A DNA stretch of 25,070 nt, from contig CAZKZX010000001.1 of NCBI GenBank assembly GCA_964557335.1, positions 1 through 25,070 on the forward strand. The letters are read 5' to 3'. Shown in pieces: positions 17,442-25,070 of the stretch (the first letter of the stretch is position 1; the number at the start of each line of letters is the position of its first letter). The DNA is from an uncultured Methanomicrobia archaeon. Lineage in GTDB: Archaea > Halobacteriota > Bog-38 > Methanoflorentales > Methanoflorentaceae. A program made the translations under genes and the position numbers. The notes below the pieces were generated by a model, which worked only from the letters and a program-made list of their open reading frames with translations, made no database searches and was not told the DNA's origin.

Positions 17442-18728
17442 TTACGTTATAACCTCCAGTATCTCCTCTAGCGCTACTTGAGGATTGTCCACAATCAACT
17501 GGGGTGCAATTGTATATCGCTGTTTATCCTCTGCAAGCCGCTTTTCTCCGCCGCCGGTAATATTTAAAAGAACCACTTCATCTGTGTTTATGCTCTGATG
17601 TTCAACTGCTTGCAGTAATGAAGCCGTTGCTACCGCTGCGGCTGGAACAATGTCTATGCCCTCGAGATCTTCAAATAAGCTTGACGCCGCAATTGCTTCG
17701 TCGTTCGTCACCGCATACATCTCGCCAAAGGTGTTCTGTAATGCGTCATACACCCCGCCTTTCATTGAGTACGCGGGATTTCGATTCGATAGAACGTCTG
17801 CATAAATTTTAGCGATGTTTTCCTTCGCATGTTTCATATCGATCGAAGGGACAATAAATCGTCGCCCTGCTTTCCAAGCGTTATACATGGGAACAAATGG
17901 GCGATTTTGTGAAAGATGCAGTTGCGGAAGCCTAGCCTGTACGAATTGTCCACTATCTTGTAGCCTCAACGACGCTTCCCATGCTGCTATAGCTCCTGCT
18001 CCACTCCCTATCGCTTGAAAATAATACGTCGGGGTTTTTCCTATAGTCAGTGCGGCCTCAAGCATGACCGTACCCATGCCGTCGCGCCGCGCAACGTTCC
18101 TCGCCCCCCCTTCTGGTGAGAGCCCATCAGCCTGAGAAAATCTTTCCCCGAGGGCTATAGCATCTGAATAATCATTACCGGCTTTTAAATAAATGAGCTT
18201 GACATTGTTTGACGGTTTTTCCGGCAACCACAGCTTATCTGAAGAGCTTTCAAGCCCAACGAGTATCAACTTAAGTGAAGCCTGGGAGGTGGTGACCGTA
18301 TGGGCAAAAGCCCGTGCAGTGTTGCCAACAGATGAGATAACAAGAGCATTAATGCCGTTTTCTAACGCTCGCTGCACGGTAGGGGGCGACTCCAGCTCCT
18401 TAAAGCTGCACGTCTCGAAATGCGCGTTCATTTCCGGCCAATAGCCATTGAAGCTGATATACAGTTCTTTCAAACCGAGCTCTTTTGAAAGCCCCACACT
18501 TTTATAGGTGATGGAGCGACCGCAAGTATTAAGCTTCCCGTTTGTTGGCAACCACTGTCCAAATTTCCAGATGTTATTATCACTAGTCGGTTCAAGTCTC
18601 TTTTTATGATACACTGTCCGCAACAACGCGTCCCCGCACTTACATCGTAGTGCGTATCCTCTGTAGCTTACACTAGAATGACATCCCAAGCAGACGATGT
18701 CGTAGCCTTTATTTAGGTTTGCAATCAT
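17442..18728 (-). CDS. Cysteate synthase (PLP-dependent, threonine-synthase-related)
   Basis: N-terminal CxxC...CxC, PLP lysine in TCSFKELE, SVGNTARAF, the family-typical ARRDGMGTVM, YFQA.GSG.GAIAAWEA, VLSNRNPAY and NITGGG; adjacent to comDE. Confidence 0.93.
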   Translation of the reverse strand: MIANLNKGYDIVCLGCHSSVSYRGYALRCKCGDALLRTVYHKKRLEPTSDNNIWKFGQWLPTNGKLNTCGRSITYKSVGLSKELGLKELYISFNGYWPEMNAHFETCSFKELESPPTVQRALENGINALVISSVGNTARAFAHTVTTSQASLKLILVGLESSSDKLWLPEKPSNNVKLIYLKAGNDYSDAIALGERFSQADGLSPEGGARNVARRDGMGTVMLEAALTIGKTPTYYFQAIGSGAGAIAAWEASLRLQDSGQFVQARLPQLHLSQNRPFVPMYNAWKAGRRFIVPSIDMKHAKENIAKIYADVLSNRNPAYSMKGGVYDALQNTFGEMYAVTNDEAIAASSLFEDLEGIDIVPAAAVATASLLQAVEHQSINTDEVVLLNITGGGEKRLAEDKQRYTIAPQLIVDNPQVALEEILEVIT

Positions 18729-18761
18729 AAACTAGTACAATAATTATTTTAGTTCGTTATT

Positions 18762-18770
18762 TATTTATAA
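18762..18770 (-). promoter_or_regulatory. TATA box of the cysteate synthase-comDE operon
   Basis: TTATAAATA on the minus strand, 33 nt upstream of the ATG at 18728. Confidence 0.6.
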
Positions 18771-18848
18771 TCATCGCTTTCTTCCATAAATGTATAATTG
18801 CAGCAAAAAAATATCACAAATGGGATAATAATTTCTTGTATTAGATAA

Positions 18849-18857
18849 TTATAAATA
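18849..18857 (+). promoter_or_regulatory. TATA box of the hdrCBA-marker 16 operon
   Basis: TTATAAATA on the plus strand, 29 nt upstream of the ATG at 18887. Confidence 0.6.
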
Positions 18858-18886
18858 CGTTTATTAACAAAAATTACATTTTGACC

Positions 18887-19465
18887 ATGAAAAAAAGCAA
18901 ATTGCCGCCCAAAAAAGCCAATATATCTCATAATGCTAATGATTTTGATTTTTTGTACAATAAGGAAAATATTATTAAGTGTTTCCAATGTGGGAGATGT
19001 ACTTCGAGCTGTCCAGCAGCACGGGTCTTTGACGAATACAGTCCGCGTGAGATCATGCGTCGGGTTCAAGACGGTGAGAGCAACGATCTCGTCCATGATG
19101 ATGTGATATGGCTCTGCGGCCAGTGCCATACGTGTAGTTCACGGTGTCCGAGAAATAACGATCCAGCATCCATTATACTTGATCTACGACAGCGAGCGTA
19201 TAAAGAGGGCTTAGGAAGCCCTAACCTGCGCCAAAAAGCAGAGCTTATGGTGCAATCGCTGTGGGAGAAGGGGGTTACAGTTTCACCTGATCTCGTCAAA
19301 CAGGGAATGTTCAGTGACCTTGTGGACTCTGATACGCTCATACAGTTGCGGACTGAACTTGGTTTGGCTGACGCGGAGACGCGAGAGATTAAAATCCCCG
19401 AAAGTGCGCTTGAGGAAATACGAACTATTTTACGAAAAACTGGCATTATCGCGAGAGGTGAATGA
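18887..19465 (+). CDS. hdrC: Heterodisulfide reductase subunit C
   Basis: CFQCGRCTSSCP, YSPREIMR, IWLCGQCHTCSSRCPR, P...I..LRQ.A. ATG at 18887 chosen over TTG at 18881. Confidence 0.93.
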   Translation: MKKSKLPPKKANISHNANDFDFLYNKENIIKCFQCGRCTSSCPAARVFDEYSPREIMRRVQDGESNDLVHDDVIWLCGQCHTCSSRCPRNNDPASIILDLRQRAYKEGLGSPNLRQKAELMVQSLWEKGVTVSPDLVKQGMFSDLVDSDTLIQLRTELGLADAETREIKIPESALEEIRTILRKTGIIARGE

Positions 19466-19466
19466 A

Positions 19467-20393
19467 TTGGCAACGAATGATCGTGCACTGTTTTTCGGCA
19501 GACGCCCAGAGCGTTTGTACCTGTTTAAGAGCTGTGTTGCAGGCACCTTCTGTCCATATATAGAGCGGTCATTCAGATTCATCCTGAACTCACTAAGCAT
19601 CGACTACTTTGATGACCCGCGTCAATCATCGTGTACCGGCTTCGGGAAACACTGCGGGGTAATGCCCCCAGAGACCACCCTCGCGCTCAATGCAAGGAAT
19701 CTGGCTTTGGCGCACGACTCAGGGTACACGAACGTCGTGTGTACGTGCCCAACCTCATACGGCAATTTAAAGGAGTGCATAGAAGAGCTAAAAGACGTAA
19801 AGACAAAGAACGCTATCGATGCAGTCCTACAGACCATTGGTGTCGTATACAACGACGACCTCCACGTCTTTCACGCTGCTGAAGTGATTCACTCGCTCCG
19901 TGATACGCTCAATAAAAGGTCCAGAGGGTCTCTAAATGGTATCAGAATAGCTACGCACCATGGATGTCACTATACTAAGATATTCTACGATGAGATTGTA
20001 GGGGGTACTTGGGAATACCCGACGCTGCTAGACGAGATATTCGAGCCCTTTTCACCCGAACTGATCGACTACCCTGAGCGGACGTTGTGCTGTGGCCTTG
20101 GGTTCACGCACCTCATTGGCGATAGAGTTTATACAGAAGCAACGGCATTGAGAAAGCTTGAAAGCATCCTCTCTGAAACGCCCGATGTGATAGTCACAAT
20201 GTGTGCCGGCTGTCAAGCGGTGCTCGATACATACCAAAAGTCGTTTGAAAATAAACTGGACCATACGGCGCCTGTATTAAATGTGGCGCAACTTATGGCC
20301 ATACTACTCGGAGCAGACGTCCACAAAGATGCCTGTCTCCAATTCTCATCGATTGATGTCGGGCCACTCCTAGAGAAAATGGCGGTGATCTGA
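19467..20393 (+). CDS. hdrB: Heterodisulfide reductase subunit B (two CCG domains; N-terminal one atypical)
   Basis: LFKSC, QSSCTG, CTCPTSY, HHGCHY, LCCGLG, TMCAGCQ and the ending NVAQL.A..LGAD. Start inferred as TTG 19467, 5 nt after GAGGTGA (alternative GTG 19458). Confidence 0.92.
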   Translation: MATNDRALFFGRRPERLYLFKSCVAGTFCPYIERSFRFILNSLSIDYFDDPRQSSCTGFGKHCGVMPPETTLALNARNLALAHDSGYTNVVCTCPTSYGNLKECIEELKDVKTKNAIDAVLQTIGVVYNDDLHVFHAAEVIHSLRDTLNKRSRGSLNGIRIATHHGCHYTKIFYDEIVGGTWEYPTLLDEIFEPFSPELIDYPERTLCCGLGFTHLIGDRVYTEATALRKLESILSETPDVIVTMCAGCQAVLDTYQKSFENKLDHTAPVLNVAQLMAILLGADVHKDACLQFSSIDVGPLLEKMAVI

Positions 20394-20394
20394 T

Positions 20395-22749
20395 ATGGGC
20401 GGCTTCGGAGTCTTTATCTGCAAATGTGACGGCAACATCTCTCAGATCGTGGACGTAGACGAACTTGAACAACATTTTCTAAAGGAACACATCACGCTAA
20501 CCGATCAACATCTTTGCTCACTACAAGGACAGGAAAAGATTCGACAGGCGATACTCGAAAACGCGCTTGAGGGAGTCGTGATCGCTTCTTGTTCGCCGAA
20601 CAACCACGGAAAGACATTTCAACGATGTATCAGCGACGCCGGGCTCAACCCCTATCTTTTGGAGTTTGCAAATATCAGAGAACAATGCTCGTGGGTCACT
20701 AAAGATCCCGAAAAGGCAACGGAAAAAGCCCGCGACCTCATTTTTGCTTCGCTTCTTCGCCTTCAACACGCAGAACCGCTTGAGGACTTCAACGTGCGAG
20801 TTAATCACACCGCAATGGTAATTGGTGGTGGTATAGCTGGGATAACATCAGCACTCTCGCTTGCAGAAAACGGAATTAAAACCTATCTCATCGAAAAGGA
20901 GCCCTCACTAGGTGGTAACTCAGTGAGAGTGGGAAAGGTATTCTCTCCTCATAAAATGGTCGAGGAATGCGCGATGTGTTCCCTCAGTCCTCTTATGAAC
21001 GACGTTTACCGAAGCGCAAACATTGAGACCCTGACAAGCGCAGAGCTCACGGGTATCAATGGTACCGCAGGCAACTTCAACGTGGAACTAAAGCTAACGC
21101 CGAGGAGGGTCAATGAAAGCTGTACAAGCTGCGGTGAATGCGCGATAGTGTGCCCAGTGGAAGTAGACGACTGGTGGAATGCCGGTACAAAAAGTCGGAA
21201 GGCTATTTACAAGCCATTCCCTCAGGCTGTCCCAGATCGATACGTCATAGATGTTGAAACGTGCATCGGCTGCGGAAAATGCGTTAAGGCCTGCAAATCC
21301 GAGGCAATCGATCTCAATGAAGAAAGCGCTACGCTTCGCATAAACGTTGGAACTATTGTCATTGCAACGGGGCATGATGAGTTTGACCCACATCTTAGAC
21401 CTGAGTACGGCTACGGACGGTTTAAAGACGTTGTAACGCAGCTTGAGCTTGCTCGATTTATTGGGGTCAACGGTCCCACGAACGGCGAACTCTTACGGCC
21501 CTCAGACTTGACTCCTCCTAAGGAGGTCGTAATGATACAATGCGTCGGTTCAAGGGACGAAAAGCCAAACGGCTTACGGTACTGTTCATCGGTGTGCTGC
21601 ATGGTAGCGCTCAAGCACGCCAATTACATACGGGATTACTATCCTGGAACGAACATCACCATTCTCTACACAGACATTAGAGCTCTCGGAATTCACGAGA
21701 ACTATTACCGACACGTACAGGAGAAGGGAGTTCGGTTTATTCGCGGCAGGGCTGGCGACGTGAAGTTTCGACACGGAAAGTTGTTTGTGAGCGTAGAAGA
21801 TACTCTTAGCTCACGGTTTTTGGAACTTGAAGCAGATTTGGTGGTCCTGTCGAACGGCCTCAAACCTTCAGCGGGAACTATTAAAATGGCACAACTCCTA
21901 GGACTGGAACTCAGCGACGACATGTTCGTTAAGGAGAGGCACCCGAAGCTTGAGGGCTCGAGCACAAGCGTTAAGGGGATTTATGTCTGTGGCACCTCCC
22001 AAGGACCAAAAGATATCACCGAGAGCGTCCTACAAGCCGATGCCGCAGCGCTTAAAGCGTTGTCACTCGTGGGGAAAGAACAACTTTCAATAGAACCCTT
22101 CACCGCGTTTGTGAAAGAAAGCTGCGATGGGTGCGGTCGATGCGTACATGCGTGCAAGAGTAGCGCACTTAAGATCGTTGACAGGCGAGGGGTGATCGAT
22201 CCCCTCCTGTGCACTGGTGGCGGTGCGTGCTTGTCAAGTTGCCCAAGCGCCTCGCTTGATTTGCACGGAAGCACTGAAGCGCAGCTTGAGGCTTCAATAC
22301 GAGGCGTCTTGGAAAACAAGAAGCACGGAGAAGTACGAACGATTGCGTTCCTCGATACGAAAATCGGCTATCCGGCTGCGGATAACATGGGTGCATCAAA
22401 ACTTTCATATCCCGACTCGATACGCATCATTAACGTTCCTTCTGTGCTTCGGCTCTGCCCTCATCACATAAATACAGCGTTCAAGTTAGGAGCTGATGGT
22501 GTTTTTATTGGACAAGGCTTTGAAGCAGAGAGCTGCGGCGAAGATTTTGAAACCGTTGAGGCAAAACTCAATAAATTGAACGACGACGTTCTGAAGCTCG
22601 GAGTGGATCCTGCACGGCTTAAGATATATAGAGTCTATATCCCTCACTTCGTAGGACTCCACAAACGGCTTATTTCATTTGATCTAGCCATACGTGCAAA
22701 TAGCGAGCACAAGACGCAGCTCGTTGAAGTGGAAACGGACTCTTCATAG
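20395..22749 (+). CDS. hdrA: Heterodisulfide reductase subunit A with a C-terminal MvhD-like domain
   Basis: GVFICKC, ASCSP, ANIREQCSWV, FAD motif VIGGGIAG, inserted ferredoxin domain (CTSCGEC..VCP, CIGCGKC..AC), QCVGSRD...YCSSVCC, GT.QGPKDI, a C-terminal ferredoxin domain and an MvhD-like tail (YP.SIRII...AF..GADGVF). Confidence 0.95.
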   Translation: MGGFGVFICKCDGNISQIVDVDELEQHFLKEHITLTDQHLCSLQGQEKIRQAILENALEGVVIASCSPNNHGKTFQRCISDAGLNPYLLEFANIREQCSWVTKDPEKATEKARDLIFASLLRLQHAEPLEDFNVRVNHTAMVIGGGIAGITSALSLAENGIKTYLIEKEPSLGGNSVRVGKVFSPHKMVEECAMCSLSPLMNDVYRSANIETLTSAELTGINGTAGNFNVELKLTPRRVNESCTSCGECAIVCPVEVDDWWNAGTKSRKAIYKPFPQAVPDRYVIDVETCIGCGKCVKACKSEAIDLNEESATLRINVGTIVIATGHDEFDPHLRPEYGYGRFKDVVTQLELARFIGVNGPTNGELLRPSDLTPPKEVVMIQCVGSRDEKPNGLRYCSSVCCMVALKHANYIRDYYPGTNITILYTDIRALGIHENYYRHVQEKGVRFIRGRAGDVKFRHGKLFVSVEDTLSSRFLELEADLVVLSNGLKPSAGTIKMAQLLGLELSDDMFVKERHPKLEGSSTSVKGIYVCGTSQGPKDITESVLQADAAALKALSLVGKEQLSIEPFTAFVKESCDGCGRCVHACKSSALKIVDRRGVIDPLLCTGGGACLSSCPSASLDLHGSTEAQLEASIRGVLENKKHGEVRTIAFLDTKIGYPAADNMGASKLSYPDSIRIINVPSVLRLCPHHINTAFKLGADGVFIGQGFEAESCGEDFETVEAKLNKLNDDVLKLGVDPARLKIYRVYIPHFVGLHKRLISFDLAIRANSEHKTQLVEVETDSS

Positions 22750-22770
22750 AGCGAAATTTGAGGTATTGAC

Positions 22771-24051
22771 GTGAATACGCCTGCACAAAAGCCCCTTCAA
22801 ACTATTAAAGAAATTAATGATAAAATAGCATCGGGGGACGTTAAAGTGCTCACTGCCTCCGAACTATGCGATATGGTCAGAGACGGCGAGGAGGTATACG
22901 ACGTTGACGTTGTCACGAGCGGCACCAAAGGGATAATGAGTGGCACGTATGGGACGCTCTCCTTTATGGTTGCAGAGCCAAGCACTTTTGAGCGGGCGGA
23001 GAAGGTTTGGCTAAACGACGTACCGGCCTTTGTCGGGCCGTGTCCAAATGAACGACTTGGAATTGTCGATGTGATCATCTCAGGGACAGCGATTTGCAGA
23101 AGCGACAACAGATACGGAGGGGGGCACCTGTTGCATGACTTGCTGCGCAGAGAAGAGGTGAGCGTCGAACTGGAAACCGATGAAGGACGTCACCTTCAAA
23201 TCGAGACGCACCTTGATGAGATGCATTACGCCGCCCTGTTCGCAACAAGAAACGCGTTTAAAAACTATAACGCCTTTATCAATCCTCGAGAAGGGTGTGT
23301 CAGATCCATTTTTTCTGTGCAGTGCCTTCACGGGCCGTATGAGGAGGCGAGTTTCTGTGGGTGTGGCGAAATTAACCCGCTAGAGAAGGATCCTCAGCTT
23401 GAAACTATAGGCATAGGCACGAAAGTTTTGTTAAATGGGGCTGTTGGATACGTAACAGGTCGCGGGACTCGAAGTTCGCCTGAAAGACCTAATTTATCGG
23501 GGTATGCTGAAATGTGGGATATGAACCCCCGTTATATAGGAGGGTACAACACCTCTGCTGGACCTGATATTTTTTGTTCATGGGCAGTTCCAATTCCGAT
23601 CACAAACAACAGAGTGTTGGAAAACGTAAAGAAGACTGATGAAGAGATACCGCTCCCTATAGTAGATGTAAATGGTAGAGAGCTGCTCGGATACGCGAAG
23701 TACAGTGACGTGTGGAAAAGCAAGTGTGCGCCAGTTACATACGAAGAAAAGATGTGCCAGACATGCGAGCAGTGCTTCGTCACGGAACTCTGTCCTACCG
23801 GCGCGTTTAGATACGGCAAAGGCATTGACAAAGAAAAATGCACGAACTGCGGCGCATGTGTAATTGCTTGTATATACGGTGCTTTAAAAGCCGATCTCGG
23901 GCATATTCCCTTTAAGGGCATGGAAATACCGGTTACGTTGCGGCAGTCTGATAAATGCAAGGCAGTAAAGCTTATGGACAGTCTTAAAGAGATGATTGAA
24001 AGAGGAGAATTCTTGTTAAGCGAGCCGGTCGGAAAAATAACATTTAGATGA
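22771..24051 (+). CDS. Methanogenesis marker 16 metalloprotein (DUF39 family + C-terminal 2x[4Fe-4S]); probable coenzyme M synthase
   Basis: VDVVTSGT.GIMSGT, GPCPNERLG, RNAFKNY.AF.N, SF.GCGEINPLEKDP, GTKVLLNGAVGYV.G.GTRS, then CQTCEQC....LCP and CTNCGAC...C. GTG start after a GAGGT RBS, 21 nt after hdrA. Confidence 0.92.
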   Translation: MNTPAQKPLQTIKEINDKIASGDVKVLTASELCDMVRDGEEVYDVDVVTSGTKGIMSGTYGTLSFMVAEPSTFERAEKVWLNDVPAFVGPCPNERLGIVDVIISGTAICRSDNRYGGGHLLHDLLRREEVSVELETDEGRHLQIETHLDEMHYAALFATRNAFKNYNAFINPREGCVRSIFSVQCLHGPYEEASFCGCGEINPLEKDPQLETIGIGTKVLLNGAVGYVTGRGTRSSPERPNLSGYAEMWDMNPRYIGGYNTSAGPDIFCSWAVPIPITNNRVLENVKKTDEEIPLPIVDVNGRELLGYAKYSDVWKSKCAPVTYEEKMCQTCEQCFVTELCPTGAFRYGKGIDKEKCTNCGACVIACIYGALKADLGHIPFKGMEIPVTLRQSDKCKAVKLMDSLKEMIERGEFLLSEPVGKITFR

Positions 24052-24067
24052 TTGCTTACAAAGAAGC

Positions 24068-24736
24068 CTATAACATCGTGCCATTTAAATATCTCAAAGG
24101 AGTAACAGGCTCAAGCTTTTTATACAACTCACTCATTCGCTTTACTTTTTCATAGCTATGGCTAAAAATCTTCTCGCGGACTTCTACGTTACCAGCCTTA
24201 CAGTCTCTCCAGAGCTCAGGGATCTGAGGTGAGTCTAGAAGCGGCGCACTTCCTACATTCAACAGACTGCAGATCGTTGAGAAGCCCTTGTTTTCGGCAA
24301 AAATATTATCTCGCACAAGATCAGAAAAGATGTCGATATGGCACATCCCTCGTAGAGGCTCATGAACTTCGTGAGTTATCGCTCTTAGTCTGAGCAACGG
24401 AAATAAAAATCTGCTCCCATTGTAGGTCAAAACCTTAACCTGCCTGTCTCTAGCGGTCTTCAAGTCCTCCTTTAAAAAGATAAGGAGATCCCGTTCATCG
24501 GTATCACTTGTTCGTAAAAAGTAGGAAAGTTGATGAGAGTTCCTCAGTTTAATTTTCTTTGCGTCGGTTTCATTCAAGATTCCTCGCCCTCTAGCAGATT
24601 TCTCGCCGAAGTACATCATATATGCAATTATCTCAGGATTTCCGTGTAGTCCGGTTGTTTCAATACTTAAAAAGCATCGTTCTCCATCTGATTCTTCCTG
24701 TGGTTCAATAAACCTGTCAAGCGTTCTTAAGCTCAT
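24068..24736 (-). CDS. RNase H-like (YprB/RNase_H_2-type) 3'-5' exonuclease-fold protein, catalytic residues degenerate
   Basis: FLSIETTGL, TYNGSRFLFPLL, HIDIF and QIPELW...HSYEKV line up with the family pattern LDIETTGL / FNG..FD.PFL / HLDL / YN..DV. Confidence 0.75.
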   Translation of the reverse strand: MSLRTLDRFIEPQEESDGERCFLSIETTGLHGNPEIIAYMMYFGEKSARGRGILNETDAKKIKLRNSHQLSYFLRTSDTDERDLLIFLKEDLKTARDRQVKVLTYNGSRFLFPLLRLRAITHEVHEPLRGMCHIDIFSDLVRDNIFAENKGFSTICSLLNVGSAPLLDSPQIPELWRDCKAGNVEVREKIFSHSYEKVKRMSELYKKLEPVTPLRYLNGTML

Positions 24737-25070
24737 ACTTTCACTCTAATAGTCTAAATTGTATCTAACTACATCCGTTGTAACTATAACAGTTATCTTT
24801 TCAAGTAAAGTAGAAGTACTCTATCAGCACAGGTTCTCTGACTCTTGGTTTTGTCAGTTTGCACTTATTCCAGTTTACCTGAAAGTGGTTTTGTGAGCAG
24901 CAGTCCTTACTGAATAATACGATCTCACGCCAGTTATTACTCGCTGTCACACTCGCTTGTTTGTGACCTTCATATAGCATTATTAAGTGACTTAAGGAAA
25001 CAAAAACTAAGCTATGAACGCTAGATTAAAGTCAGCACAACGAAGGCCCATGCAGACAGCAAGATTCACA

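Noticed and set aside
19314-19457. N-terminal extension of hdrB
   Set aside because: It lies inside hdrC in another frame, and an RBS points to TTG 19467.
249-23960. Many short antisense or alternate-frame ORFs in the track (e.g. 538-1047, 1835-2236, 19066-19488, 23532-23960)
   Set aside because: They are shadows of well-supported genes on the other strand or frame and carry no motifs.
25014-25070. Open frame from ATG 25014 to the window end
   Set aside because: Only 19 codons are visible, so it cannot be called.
1-25070. CRISPR arrays, tRNA/rRNA genes, IS elements
   Set aside because: No regularly spaced repeats, cloverleaf or rRNA signatures, transposase motifs or terminal inverted repeat pairs were seen by eye.

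Overview
Archaeal, methanogen-type chromosomal window with about 21 coding regions. No rRNA, tRNA, CRISPR array or transposase was recognised. Left to right: the 3' end of a group 4 membrane-bound [NiFe]-hydrogenase operon (large subunit, NuoH-like, NuoI-like); thioredoxin reductase plus a 4x[4Fe-4S] protein; a B12-binding radical SAM enzyme; a LysE-family pseudogene; an Lrp/AsnC - MgtE-N/CBS - Nramp-related (Mg2+-type) transporter operon; an APC permease; BofA-like and HAD proteins; a divergent alanine dehydrogenase homolog; an orphan beta-class DNA methyltransferase; a divergently transcribed block; and a catalytically degenerate RNase H-like exonuclease. In the divergent block, cysteate synthase and fused ComDE lie on the minus strand, and hdrC-hdrB-hdrA(MvhD-like fusion)-methanogenesis marker 16 lie on the plus strand. 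The main signal is that block: nearly the whole cysteate route to coenzyme M sits around one 158-bp bidirectional promoter region together with an atypical HdrABC. HdrB has lost two Cys ligands of its N-terminal cluster, and the MvhD-like domain of HdrA has lost most of its [2Fe-2S] cysteines. A remodelled alanine dehydrogenase downstream is a speculative candidate for the missing cysteate-to-sulfopyruvate step. All family calls come from motif recognition and memory of the families; no database search was run.
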